The notes beneath the pieces are model-generated. The model had not been told where the DNA came from and did not search any database. It worked only from the letters and a program-made list of their open reading frames with translations. Both the position numbers and the translations under genes were made by a program. A DNA stretch of 64,000 nt, taken from an uncultured Actinomycetes bacterium. GTDB taxonomy: Bacteria > Actinomycetota > Thermoleophilia > Gaiellales > Gaiellaceae. Every line of letters begins with the position of its first letter. Positions within the stretch are counted from its first letter, which is position 1. Below are positions 26,850 through 36,177 of this stretch, one piece after another. Where the stretch lies: NCBI GenBank assembly GCA_963705535.1, contig CAVPJY010000012.1, positions 67,069 to 131,068 of the forward strand. The letters run 5' to 3'.

Positions 26850-27248
26850 CTAGCGGCCCAGCAGCCGATCGAGCCACGCGCGGCGCACAGGCGGCGCCTC
26901 GGGCTCCTCTGCGAGCTCCGCCGCTTCCTCCTCGGCCTCGACCGGCTCGGGCTCGGCGTCGTCCACGGCGACCGGCTCGTCGTCGGCCGGAGGCGGAGCT
27001 TCGCGGTCCGCGGACGGCTGGTCCGGCTCGGCCGTGGGCTCGCTCGCCGACTCGGCGCCCTCCGGCTCCGCAGGATCCGGGACCGTCTCCCCGGACGCCT
27101 CGGGCTGCGCCGACTCAGGCGCGTCGTCGGGCTGCGCCGTGTCGGGAGCGAGGCTCATCAGCTCCTGGCTCCCCCGGCGCTCGGCGAGCCGCTCGAAATC
27201 CCCGCGGATGGCGGATCGCATGTCGTCGAGGTGGCTCTCCTCCCTCAT
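26850..27248 (-). CDS. Acidic Pro/Glu/Ala-rich low-complexity protein
   Basis: ORF track. An ordered N-terminus (~35 aa) and C-terminus (RRAWLDRLLGR) flank a PE/AE-rich linker. Confidence 0.4.
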   Translation of the reverse strand: MREESHLDDMRSAIRGDFERLAERRGSQELMSLAPDTAQPDDAPESAQPEASGETVPDPAEPEGAESASEPTAEPDQPSADREAPPPADDEPVAVDDAEPEPVEAEEEAAELAEEPEAPPVRRAWLDRLLGR

Positions 27249-27293
27249 CAGGCGCTCGTTCCAGGCTCGCGCGGCGAGTCCTGCCCGTCGATC

Positions 27294-27881
27294 TCAGCGA
27301 GGCGTCGCGAACTCGGTGACCCAGAGTGCGCCGTCGCCGTCACGGCGCATCCCGCGCGCCCGGACGAGCGCCGCCCCGAGGTGCCGGTAGCCCCGACGCA
27401 GCATGTTCTCGCGGTGAGGCGGCGACCCGAGCCAGGCCGCGACCGCGTCCCGCGCGCTCACCTTGCCCCATGTCCCGATGAAGAGGTTCTCGCCGAGGTG
27501 CCGGTACCGGTAGCCGACCGCCCGCACCGACGCCCGCGGATCGCTTCCGCACGGTGTGTGCGAAAAGTCGCCGCACGAGGCCACCCTGCCCCCCTTCAGT
27601 TCCGCGGCCCGTCCGAGCGCAGCGGGGCGACGGAGGCGGGAGACACGAGCGTGAGCCCGCGCCCAGTTGACGAGGCACGCGGCGGCCCGTTCCTGCACTG
27701 CAGCCGAGGCGTTCCGGTCCGTCGACCCCGGGCAGGCGGACGCAGGGGCCAGGTACGAGGCCCACGAGCCGGCGCCGTCCGCGCGGCCGGCGACGAGGAC
27801 CGCCAGGAACGACGTCGTGAGGAGCACAGCCAGCCCGACGCGGATCGTCGCTGACGCCTGCACGGAGGTCACGGCTCTCAC
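27294..27881 (-). CDS. CAP (SCP/PR-1-like) domain secreted protein
   Basis: ORF track. Signal anchor followed by NWARAHARV...GENLF...AWLGSPPHRENML...GAAL, typical of the CAP domain. Confidence 0.7.
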   Translation of the reverse strand: MRAVTSVQASATIRVGLAVLLTTSFLAVLVAGRADGAGSWASYLAPASACPGSTDRNASAAVQERAAACLVNWARAHARVSRLRRPAALGRAAELKGGRVASCGDFSHTPCGSDPRASVRAVGYRYRHLGENLFIGTWGKVSARDAVAAWLGSPPHRENMLRRGYRHLGAALVRARGMRRDGDGALWVTEFATPR

Positions 27882-27963
27882 CGTTGGACACTCCGGCGGC
27901 TGTTCGCTCTGGCTGCTCGAGGACGCACATTCCTCGAGGCAGTGATCCCGCCCCTCGTCAGGG

Positions 27964-29025
27964 TCACGCGCCGGAGTCTAGAGGCTCCCCCGGATGGTGC
28001 GTGCGCCAAGTGGCGGCGGCAAGCAGCCCGAGGGCCAGTGTCGGGAGCACGGAGAGCGCGCGATACAGGAGCGTCGCCGCGACGGCATCCGCGTTGGACG
28101 CGCCGAACGCGACGAGGGCGCCGCTCAGACCGAGCTCCACGATGCCGAGGCCGCCGGGAGTGAGCGGCAGGATGCCGAGCACGCGGATGAGCGCCCACGC
28201 TGCGAAGGCCTCGATCGCCGAGACCTCCGTGCCGTCGACACCGACGACACGCAGGCAGGTCAGCAGCACGAGGAAGACCGTGAGGTGCCCGACCAGGGTC
28301 GCCACCGTGATCACGTGCCAGCGCCGCCGCAGGAGGTCGAGCGCCCGCGACCGGAAGTCCGACAGGTCATCGCCTCCCCACGCGACCGGCCCTCGCCGGA
28401 AGACGCCACGCACCCGGCTGACGATGCGAGCCGCCAGGTCGCCGATCCGCCGGGCGCGACGCGGAGCGGAGAGGGCGAGCGCGAACGCCACGAGGACTAC
28501 GACGAGCACGACGACGCCCACGAGCGCAGCCGTTCGCAGCGCCGGGTGATCCTCGTCGATGCTCGTGAGCAGCGCCAGCGCGACGATCGGGAATGCCAGG
28601 TTGAGGAGCTGGTTCCAGATCCCGGCCACCCCGACGGCGAGCCCCACCTCGGTCCTGCCGAACCCCCACGACCGGAGCATCGAGTACGAGCCCGCGACAC
28701 CCACGGCGGCGCCGGCCGGCGAGACGATCGAGAGCGCGGTCGAGGCCTGGGTCAGCACCATCGCCTGGCGGAAGCGCAGTCCCGGCAGGGCTGCCATCCA
28801 CGGGGGCGCGAACGTGACGAGGTTGAGGACGGTTACGGCGGCGAGGAGCAGGCCCTCCTGCCAGGTGAGCTCGCGGATGACGTCCCAGACATCGCGGTAG
28901 TCGGCGATCCGCGGGAGGAAGAACACGAAGACCGCGACGGTGACGGCCACCGTGACGCCTCCTCCGAGGAGACGGCGCCTCGAGCCCAGGAACCGCCGTC
29001 TCGGCTCGGCGATATCGTCCGGCAT
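27964..29025 (-). CDS. Flippase-like (UPF0104) family membrane protein, second paralog
   Basis: ORF 27964..29400 trimmed to ATG at 29025 (MPDDIAEPRRRFLG...). Multi-TM protein with the same family features as 2439..3614. Confidence 0.7.
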   Translation of the reverse strand: MPDDIAEPRRRFLGSRRRLLGGGVTVAVTVAVFVFFLPRIADYRDVWDVIRELTWQEGLLLAAVTVLNLVTFAPPWMAALPGLRFRQAMVLTQASTALSIVSPAGAAVGVAGSYSMLRSWGFGRTEVGLAVGVAGIWNQLLNLAFPIVALALLTSIDEDHPALRTAALVGVVVLVVVLVAFALALSAPRRARRIGDLAARIVSRVRGVFRRGPVAWGGDDLSDFRSRALDLLRRRWHVITVATLVGHLTVFLVLLTCLRVVGVDGTEVSAIEAFAAWALIRVLGILPLTPGGLGIVELGLSGALVAFGASNADAVAATLLYRALSVLPTLALGLLAAATWRTHHPGEPLDSGA

Positions 29026-29083
29026 CGGCGGGAACCTATCGCGGCCCCGGACGTGGACGGGGAGCGACCGAAAGGAGATCCAG

Positions 29084-29545
29084 ATGAAAGCCGGCAGACG
29101 CGTCACGTTCAGCCCTGGGACGGCGATCGCGCTCATCGCCCTCTTCTTCGCGCTCGGCGGCTCGGCCTTCGCCGTCGGCGAGCGGATACAGGCCCCATCC
29201 GCGGTGCAGCAGCGCTGCGCGAACGGGGCCGTCCGCGGCGTCGCGACCGTGACGGGGGATCCGAGCAAGGGCATGGCGAACCTCCCGGACCAGTTCTCGG
29301 CCGCGCCGAACCTGTTCTCCCGGCGGTTCAACTGCTCGGGGAAGGCGATCCAGGTCCGGCGAACGGGAATCGGCGTGTACGAGCTCCGCTTCGTCGGCAA
29401 CGCGGCGACGAGCGTCGTCGCGAACGGGATCGGCCTGTTCTCGGCGTCGGTCGAGACGATCGGCCCCGGGACGTTCCGGATCCGCGTGCAGAACGTCGGA
29501 CGAGCGGACGAGGACGACGGCGCCTTCGTGGCGGTTGCCGTCTAG
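29084..29545 (+). CDS. Membrane-anchored/secreted hypothetical protein
   Basis: ATG at 29084 follows AAAGGAG. MKAGRRVTFSPGTAIALIALFFALGGSAFAVG is a signal or anchor sequence. Confidence 0.55.
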   Translation: MKAGRRVTFSPGTAIALIALFFALGGSAFAVGERIQAPSAVQQRCANGAVRGVATVTGDPSKGMANLPDQFSAAPNLFSRRFNCSGKAIQVRRTGIGVYELRFVGNAATSVVANGIGLFSASVETIGPGTFRIRVQNVGRADEDDGAFVAVAV

Positions 29546-29698
29546 CCGAGATGCGCGTCCGCGGCCGCAAGGCCGCGGGCCGCGGGCGCCCTGTCCTCCG
29601 CAAGACGGCCACTCGCTCACGCGAGCGGCCGTCGCGGGCAAACCCTGAAGCGCGGACGCTGCGCGTCCGCGGTCGTCGCGACGGCTCGTCTGGCCCCG
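29546..29698. repeat. REP-like multi-hairpin element (inverted copy of the element at 49866-49968)
   Basis: Hairpin GGCCACTCGC-TCAC-GCGAGCGGCC (29607-29630), then AACCCTGAAG, then hairpin GCGGACGC-TGC-GCGTCCGC (29652-29670). An ~80-nt stretch is the reverse complement of 49907-49985 with few mismatches. Confidence 0.8.
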
Positions 29699-30763
29699 TC
29701 AGGGGAGCCGGGGCGAGACGAAGGCCGAGAAGACACCCGCGGCGACGAGCAGCAGAGCGGCCGCGGCGACGAGCAAGAACGTCACCTCGCTCTCCCCCGG
29801 CTCCCGCCCGAGCTTCGAGCCCAGGTTCTGGTACGCGCCCTCGAGCGCGTTCGCGGTTCGCGCTTCCGTGAACTCGCCTCCCGTCGTCTCGGCGATGGCG
29901 CGCAGCGTCTCCGGGTCGGGCGGCACGGGAATCCGCTGCTCCGTGCTGCCGAACCCGAACGGCCCGCGCTCGATCGTCCCGCTCGGAGTCCCGAGCGCGA
30001 CGGTGTAGACGGGGAAGCCGGCCTCCTTGGCGAGCGCGGCGCCCTCCGCGGGCTGGAGGATCCCCCGCGTCTGCGCCCCGTCGGACAGGAAGAGGATCGA
30101 GACCGGGCTCTCCGACTCGTCCCCCTCCGTGCCACCGGCCTGGGCGAACGTGCGCGTGCCGCTCACAGGAGCCGGAGCCCGGAAGACGATCTCCTCGCCG
30201 TCCGGAGCTTGCTCGTCCTCCACGCGCTTCCCCATCTCCACCGCGGTCTGGAGGGCGTCGCCGATCGCGGTGCCGCCGTAGATGAGGTACGAGTCGATCT
30301 CGTCGATCGCGGTGCGCACGAGATCGTGGTCCTGCGTGGGCGGGGTCGCGACCTGCGCCTCCCCGGCGAACACCACGAGCCCGACGCGCAGCTTGTCCGG
30401 CACCTGGTCCAGGAAAGAGCGGACCGCCGCCTGCGCAGCCGCGAGCCGCGTCGGCGGCACGTCCTCCGCCTGCATGGAGCGCGAGGTGTCGATCACGAGG
30501 ATGACCGTGGCGCGCTCCTTCAGGAACGTTCGCGAGACCTGCGGGCGGGCCAGGGCGACGAGGAGGCAGGCGAGCGCGAGTCCGAAGAGCGCCGGGGGGA
30601 CGAGCCTGAGCCACGAACGGCCCGAGACGACGGTCGCGAGGACGTCGACGTTCGGGAACTGCACCGCGTAGCGCACTCGGCGGCGCTCGGCGAGCAGCCA
30701 GATCGCTGCAGCGACCCCCAGCAAGGGAAGCGCGAGGAGAAGCCAGGGGCTCTGGAAGCTCAT
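29699..30763 (-). CDS. VWA domain-containing protein (BatB-like)
   Basis: ORF 29699..30781 from ATG at 30763 (MSFQSPWLLLALPLL). MIDAS motif VIDTSRSM. C-terminal TM anchor. Confidence 0.85.
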   Translation of the reverse strand: MSFQSPWLLLALPLLGVAAAIWLLAERRRVRYAVQFPNVDVLATVVSGRSWLRLVPPALFGLALACLLVALARPQVSRTFLKERATVILVIDTSRSMQAEDVPPTRLAAAQAAVRSFLDQVPDKLRVGLVVFAGEAQVATPPTQDHDLVRTAIDEIDSYLIYGGTAIGDALQTAVEMGKRVEDEQAPDGEEIVFRAPAPVSGTRTFAQAGGTEGDESESPVSILFLSDGAQTRGILQPAEGAALAKEAGFPVYTVALGTPSGTIERGPFGFGSTEQRIPVPPDPETLRAIAETTGGEFTEARTANALEGAYQNLGSKLGREPGESEVTFLLVAAAALLLVAAGVFSAFVSPRLP

Positions 30764-31470
30764 CACGACACCCTCGAGCACACTGCCTGGACCTGGACGA
30801 CCGCGCGCACGTTGCCGATCTCCGCGTCGCCGCGCACCGTGACGCTGACCCGACCGCCTCGGATCGTGCGGGTGCCCGTGACGCTCGAGACGAGGCTCGC
30901 GTCGGGCGGGCGCGGCGTGTGGAAGCCGATCGCGTGCGCCGCACCTACCAGGCGCTCGCGCGCGGCACAGCCCTGGACGATCGTCGCGGTCCCGGGCCGC
31001 ACGCGCACGGTCCGAACGCGCCGCACCGTCGGGCGCCCCGGCTCGAAGGCGGAGGCCGAGGTCGGGACGCGACCGCCGCCGCCCGTTGCGGGAACGCAGC
31101 CGACGAAGGGGCGGAAGGTCGCGTTGGCGGCGCCGCTACCGACGTACGCGGCGACGAACACGACCGAGCGCGAGGTCGAGATCCCCGGGTTCACCGGGCT
31201 TCCGAGCGTCCCGAGGAACGAGACGTCGATCGCGCGCCGGCTGAGCCGTGCGTCGAGGCCGCCGGCGACATGGCCGCGCGGGCACGTGACCTGGTACTCC
31301 ACCTGCTTCCGCGGGACGACGCCGCTCGTCGGCACGACCACCCAGGGCCCCGCGACCGGCACGCAGACCATCAGCCCGTCGCACTCGTCCGCCGCGCCGG
31401 CGGGGGCGGCCGCGACCAGGGCGGCCGCGAGCGTCACGACGAGCGCCAGAGCACGCACGACCGCCGTCAC
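30763..31470 (-). CDS. Secreted hypothetical protein embedded in the Bat-like operon
   Basis: ORF track. Signal peptide MTAVVRALALVVTLAAALVAAAPAGAA and 8 Cys. Start and stop overlap the flanking VWA genes. Confidence 0.6.
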   Translation of the reverse strand: MTAVVRALALVVTLAAALVAAAPAGAADECDGLMVCVPVAGPWVVVPTSGVVPRKQVEYQVTCPRGHVAGGLDARLSRRAIDVSFLGTLGSPVNPGISTSRSVVFVAAYVGSGAANATFRPFVGCVPATGGGGRVPTSASAFEPGRPTVRRVRTVRVRPGTATIVQGCAARERLVGAAHAIGFHTPRPPDASLVSSVTGTRTIRGGRVSVTVRGDAEIGNVRAVVQVQAVCSRVS

Positions 31471-32426
31471 GGCACCCTCCGGAACAGGAACGCCGAGAGC
31501 GCTCCTCCCACGAGCAGGAACGCGACCGCGCCCGCGGAGAACACGTCGGTGATCTCACGGCTCTCGTCGCGGGTGCCGAGCCGCGAGCCGAGGTTCTCGT
31601 AGACGGTGTGGAGCTGGTCGGCGTCCAGCGCGGCGAAGAACTCGCCGCCGGTCCCGGCGGCGATCTGCTGGAGGGTCTGCGGGTTCGGCGGCACGCGGAT
31701 GATCCGCTTGTACCCACCCGTGAGCTCCTCCTCGACGACGCCGTCCGGGGTGCCGACGAGCACGGTGTACACCGGCACTCCCTGCTTCTTCGCCGCCTCG
31801 ATCGCCTGCGCCGGCTCGATCCTTCCTCCGTCCTGCGCGCCGTCGGAGATGAGGAGGATGGATCGCGGAATGCGTTCGGTGACCTCGCGCTCCGTCCGTC
31901 CGAGCTGTACCCCCAGGGCCACGGCGTCACCGATGGCGGTTCCCTCGCCGGGCGCGAGCGAGTCGAGCGCTGCCTGCACGAGCTCGCGGTCTTCCGTCGG
32001 CGGCACGCCGACGGCTGCCCGCGTGGCGAAGGAGACCACTCCGACGCGGTACTTCTCGGGCACCTCGGCGAGGAACGCCTTCGCCGCCGCCCGCGCCGCG
32101 TCGAGCCGCGTCGGCTCCACGTCGTTCGCCTTCATCGAGCGCGACACGTCCAGGGCGAGAACGACCGTGGCCTCCTCGCGCGGCACGCTCACCATCGCGT
32201 GCGGACGAGCGACCCCGAGGATCATCATCCCGAGGCCGACGAGGAGCAGGACGAGCGGGACGTAGCGGATCCGCCCGGGCTCGCGGTCGACGACGTTCGG
32301 GAGGAGGTCGGGGTTCCCGAACGCCGCCTGCGACGCCTTGCGCCGCCCGTCGTTCCAGACCCAGAGCGCGACGAGCAGCGGGATCGCGACGAGCCCCACG
32401 AGCGCGATCGGCCAGCCGAAGCTCAT
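31467..32426 (-). CDS. VWA domain-containing protein (BatA-like)
   Basis: In-frame ATG at 32426 (MSFGWPIALVGLVAIPLL). MIDAS motif LDVSRSM. C-terminal TM anchor. ATGA overlap with the DUF58 gene. Confidence 0.85.
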   Translation of the reverse strand: MSFGWPIALVGLVAIPLLVALWVWNDGRRKASQAAFGNPDLLPNVVDREPGRIRYVPLVLLLVGLGMMILGVARPHAMVSVPREEATVVLALDVSRSMKANDVEPTRLDAARAAAKAFLAEVPEKYRVGVVSFATRAAVGVPPTEDRELVQAALDSLAPGEGTAIGDAVALGVQLGRTEREVTERIPRSILLISDGAQDGGRIEPAQAIEAAKKQGVPVYTVLVGTPDGVVEEELTGGYKRIIRVPPNPQTLQQIAAGTGGEFFAALDADQLHTVYENLGSRLGTRDESREITDVFSAGAVAFLLVGGALSAFLFRRVP

Positions 32427-33349
32427 CCGCGGCTCCGGCGGAGGAAGACGACGAGCGCGCGCAGCCAGTCGCCGGACGTCGTGAGCACCACGTGACGGAC
32501 GCCGGCCGAAGCGAACACCTGGGCCACCTGAGCGCGCTCGGCCGCGGCGGCGACCGCGAACCGCTCCCGGAGCTTCCGGCTGCGCGTGTTGACGTGCAGC
32601 TGACGGCCCGTCTCCGGGTCGACGAGCCAGAGCTGGCCGACGTTGGGGAGCTCCTGCTCGCGCGGGTCGCGGATCTCGACCGCGACGACGTCGTGTCGCC
32701 CCGCGAGCTCGAGCAGCGGTGGGCGCCAGTCCTGCGGCCCGCGGAAGTCGGACACCACCACTGCGAGCGACCGCTGGTGGGAGAGGCTTCCCGCGCGGGC
32801 GAGCGCGGTGCCGAGCGTCGGGGCGCCCGTGCCCGGCCCCGGGCGGGCCTCCCGCAGCGCCCTGAGCAGGCCGAGCAGCGCGACACGACCCTGGCGGGGC
32901 GGAAGCGCGTAGGTGCTCTCGTCGCCGAACGTGACGACTCCCAGGCGGTTGCCACGACGTGTCGCGAGGTGGCCGACCCCGATCGCGACCCCTTCGGCCA
33001 CGTCGGCCTTCCGCCGGTCGGCGGTCCCGAACTGCATCGAGGGCGACGAGTCGAGCACGAGCCACGACACGAGGACGCGCTCGGCGAGGTCCACGCGCAC
33101 GTGCGTCTCGTTCGTCCGGGCGGTCACGGCCCAGTCGATGCGCCGGACGTCGTCTCCGGGCTCGTACGGTCGCACCATGGCGAGCTCGGACCCCGCCCCG
33201 AGGTGGTTCGAGCGGAAGTCTCCCGCGAGCAGCCCCTCCATGCGCCTCCCGATCGCCACGTCGAGCGCGCGCAGCAGCCCCTCGGCCATCGGCCCGGGGC
33301 CGGGCCTCGCCGGAGTCGGCTGTGCCAGAAGCGCGCTCGCGGAGGTCAC
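32423..33349 (-). CDS. DUF58 domain-containing protein
   Basis: Distal part of ORF 32423..34237 from the in-frame GTG (VTSASALL...). RPYEPGDDVRRIDW is the DUF58 hallmark. GTGA overlap with moxR. Confidence 0.85.
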   Translation of the reverse strand: MTSASALLAQPTPARPGPGPMAEGLLRALDVAIGRRMEGLLAGDFRSNHLGAGSELAMVRPYEPGDDVRRIDWAVTARTNETHVRVDLAERVLVSWLVLDSSPSMQFGTADRRKADVAEGVAIGVGHLATRRGNRLGVVTFGDESTYALPPRQGRVALLGLLRALREARPGPGTGAPTLGTALARAGSLSHQRSLAVVVSDFRGPQDWRPPLLELAGRHDVVAVEIRDPREQELPNVGQLWLVDPETGRQLHVNTRSRKLRERFAVAAAAERAQVAQVFASAGVRHVVLTTSGDWLRALVVFLRRSRG

Positions 33350-34365
33350 GCCGCGGTCACGTGCTGGAGGTCGAGCTGCGGGGCTGGCACGGCAGCGACG
33401 ACGCGGTCGAGGATGGCGTCCGGGCTCACCTCCTCGGCCAGCGCCTGGTACGAGAGGACGAGCCGGTGCCGCATGGCGTCCCGGACCAGGGCCTGGAGAT
33501 CGTCCACGATCGCGTACTCGCGGCCACGGATGAGCGCGAGCGCGCGCGTCGCCTGCACGAGGCTGATCGGCCCTCGCGGGCTCGCGCCGTACGAGATGTA
33601 CGGCGCCAGGTCGGCGAGGCCGTGCTCGGCGGGCTCGCGCGTCGCCGTCGCGAGCGCGACCGCGTAGCTCACGAGCGAGGGGTCGACGTAGATGTCGTAG
33701 ACCGCGCGCTGCAACGCCCGCAGGTCGTCGAGCGAGAGCACCTGCCGCAGCTCGGGCGGATCGACGAGCTGGCGCTGGACGACGGTGAGCTCCTCGTCGT
33801 GCTGCGGGTAGCCGATCACGACCTTGAGCATGAAGCGGTCGACCTGCGCCTCGGGCAGCGGGTACGTCCCCTCGGACTCGATGGGGTTCTGCGTCGCCAT
33901 CACGAGGAACGGATCGGGAACCAGGTGCGTGTCGTGCCCGATCGTGACCTGCCGCTCCTGCATGACCTCGAGGAGCGCGGACTGGACCTTGGCCGGCGCG
34001 CGGTTGATCTCGTCCGCCAGGAGGAAGTTGCAGAAGACGGGCCCGAGCTCGGTGTCGAAGGTCGCGTCGCCGGGGCGGTAGATGCGCGTCCCGACCAGAT
34101 CGGAGGGTACGAGATCCGGCGTGAACTGCACCCTGGCGAACGTGCCGCCCAGGACACCGGCGGTCGTCTTGACGGTCAGGGTCTTCGCGAGACCGGGCAC
34201 GCCCTCGATCAGGAGGTGCCCGTGCGCGAGCAGGCACACGAGCACGCGCTCGAGCATGGCGTCCTGGCCCGCGATCACCCGCCGTATCTCGAAGAGCGCC
34301 TGCTCGAGCTGTTCCCGTGCCTCTTCCGGATTCGGACCGGCCTGGTCGGCGCTCTCGACGGTCAC
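33346..34365 (-). CDS. MoxR family AAA+ ATPase
   Basis: ORF track. Walker A HLLIEGVPGLAKT, Walker B FLLADEINRAP, and VMATQNP. Confidence 0.92.
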   Translation of the reverse strand: MTVESADQAGPNPEEAREQLEQALFEIRRVIAGQDAMLERVLVCLLAHGHLLIEGVPGLAKTLTVKTTAGVLGGTFARVQFTPDLVPSDLVGTRIYRPGDATFDTELGPVFCNFLLADEINRAPAKVQSALLEVMQERQVTIGHDTHLVPDPFLVMATQNPIESEGTYPLPEAQVDRFMLKVVIGYPQHDEELTVVQRQLVDPPELRQVLSLDDLRALQRAVYDIYVDPSLVSYAVALATATREPAEHGLADLAPYISYGASPRGPISLVQATRALALIRGREYAIVDDLQALVRDAMRHRLVLSYQALAEEVSPDAILDRVVAAVPAPQLDLQHVTAA

Positions 34366-34413
34366 TGGGCCCCCTTTTCTCGGTCGGATGTGGGGATATA
34401 CGAAAGCAGCGGA

Positions 34414-34428
34414 ACCTAAGTTTTAGGT
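34414..34428. promoter_or_regulatory. Palindrome ACCTAA-GTT-TTAGGT in an AT-rich patch upstream of moxR
   Basis: Read directly. About 50 nt upstream of the moxR GTG (34365). The local sequence GATATACGAAAG is unusually AT-rich for this genome. Confidence 0.25.
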
Positions 34429-34486
34429 GAAGCCGCGGGGTTCCCGTCGGGCGATGCGGTCCGGTGCGCGCACGACGGTCGGGCGG

Positions 34487-35197
34487 CTACGAGCGGAACA
34501 CGCCCATGGCGATGGACGCGACGTAGCCCGAGGCGGTCTGCCGGAGCCTGAGCGTGGAGCGCTTGCCGCCGTTCCGGTAGATGCTGTCGCCGGGGTTTCG
34601 CGGGTCGCGGTTCGGCCGGCGGTTGTACGGGGCGCGCCGGTACACGGTGTCGGTCACCGCGTCCGGGAAGTAGAGCTGGCCCGTGTGCACGACGTTCCCG
34701 CCGAGCGCGACCTTCACGTGGACGTGGACGGTACGACCCGGGTACCAGCCGGGATAGACCGTCCGGAACGTCACGAGCCCCTTCGCGTCCGTGCGCTGGA
34801 TGCCGCGGAGGAACGTGCCCGCCGAGCCCTGCACGCCCGAGTACGCGCCGCCCGAGTCGCAGTGCCAGACGTCCACGGCCGCACCCCTGAGCGGACGGCA
34901 GGTCGACGCGTCGACGACGGTGAGCCGCAGGATCAGCGGCGTGCCCGGCTTGCCCTCGGTGATGTTGCGGCGGACCTTCTGGTCGTCGAGGTAGTACGGG
35001 CCCTCCGTCTGCTCGGGCGCGAGGACGCAGGTGACGGCTCCGGACGCGACACCGGCCGGACCGGAGCCGGCGGCCGCGTCGTCCGTCGCGCCCGCGGAGT
35101 CCGCGATCTCGATACCGGTGACCACGGCCGCTCCCGCAAGCAGCCCGCCCAGCTTGAGAAGCGACTCGCGTCGGCTGAGACGGGCCTCGTCTTCCAT
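34487..35197 (-). CDS. Intradiol ring-cleavage dioxygenase family protein with a Tat-like signal
   Basis: ORF track. RRESLLKLGG Tat-type N-terminus, then TEGPYY...VDVWHCD...YPGWYPGRTVHVHVKV, characteristic of the intradiol dioxygenase core. Confidence 0.8.
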   Translation of the reverse strand: MEDEARLSRRESLLKLGGLLAGAAVVTGIEIADSAGATDDAAAGSGPAGVASGAVTCVLAPEQTEGPYYLDDQKVRRNITEGKPGTPLILRLTVVDASTCRPLRGAAVDVWHCDSGGAYSGVQGSAGTFLRGIQRTDAKGLVTFRTVYPGWYPGRTVHVHVKVALGGNVVHTGQLYFPDAVTDTVYRRAPYNRRPNRDPRNPGDSIYRNGGKRSTLRLRQTASGYVASIAMGVFRS

Positions 35198-35265
35198 AGC
35201 CCGCGAGGGTAGCTCGCCGACCTGAGAGCCGTCTGAGAGCGATACGCGACTACTACGATCGCCCC

Positions 35266-36177
35266 ATGGCCGACTCGCCCGCGGTGGAGACCTTCGGGCT
35301 GTCCAAGACGTACGGGGGCGGCGTGCGAGCGCTCGTCGACCTCGACCTCCGCGTCGAGCAGGGCGAGGTCTTCGGCTACCTCGGCCCCAACGGCGCCGGG
35401 AAGTCGACCACGATCCGGCTCCTCCTCGGGCTCATCCGCCCGACGTCCGGCCGCGCGTCCGTGCACGGATTGGATACGCGGGCGAACGGTGTCGCCGCGC
35501 GCAGGCTCGCCGGCTACCTCCCCGGCGACCTCCGCCTGGCCGACCGCCTGACCGGCCGCGAGCAGCTCGAGTCGCTCGTACGTCTCCGCGGGAACGTCGA
35601 CGAGCGGTTGCGGGATGGGCTCTGCGAGCGCCTGGACGTCGTCCTCGACAGGCCGATCCGCCAGCTCTCGAAGGGCAACCGCCAGAAGCTCGGGATCGTG
35701 CAGGCGTTCATGCACCGGCCGCAGGTCGTCGTCCTCGACGAGCCGACCTCCGGGCTCGACCCGCTGCTCCAGGCGGAGGTGCGCGCGCTGCTGCGCGAGA
35801 CGGCGACGGACGGGCGCACGGTGTTCCTCTCGTCGCATTCGCTCGACGAGGTGCAGCACGTGGCGGACCGGGTCGGGATCATCCGATCGGGTCGGCTCGT
35901 GGACGTGGACGCCGTCGAGAGCCTGCGCGAGCGCTCGCTTCGACACGTCTCGATCACGTTCGAGGCGCCGGTCGACGCGGCCGAGCTGGCCCGGCTCGAC
36001 GGCGTTCGCGTCACGGCGGTGGAGGGGCCGCACGTCCGCCTCTCGGCGCCCGAGACGGCGATGGACGCCGTCGTGAAGGCGGCGGCGCGGCACGAGGTGG
36101 TCGACCTCGTGTCCCAGCCTGCGGATCTCGAGGAGATCTTCCTCGAGCTGTACCGGGAGGACGACGACGGCCGCTGA
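35266..36177 (+). CDS. ABC transporter ATP-binding protein (ABC-2 exporter type)
   Basis: ORF track. Walker A GPNGAGKST, signature LSKGNRQK, Walker B VVVLDEPTSGLD. Confidence 0.92.
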   Translation: MADSPAVETFGLSKTYGGGVRALVDLDLRVEQGEVFGYLGPNGAGKSTTIRLLLGLIRPTSGRASVHGLDTRANGVAARRLAGYLPGDLRLADRLTGREQLESLVRLRGNVDERLRDGLCERLDVVLDRPIRQLSKGNRQKLGIVQAFMHRPQVVVLDEPTSGLDPLLQAEVRALLRETATDGRTVFLSSHSLDEVQHVADRVGIIRSGRLVDVDAVESLRERSLRHVSITFEAPVDAAELARLDGVRVTAVEGPHVRLSAPETAMDAVVKAAARHEVVDLVSQPADLEEIFLELYREDDDGR

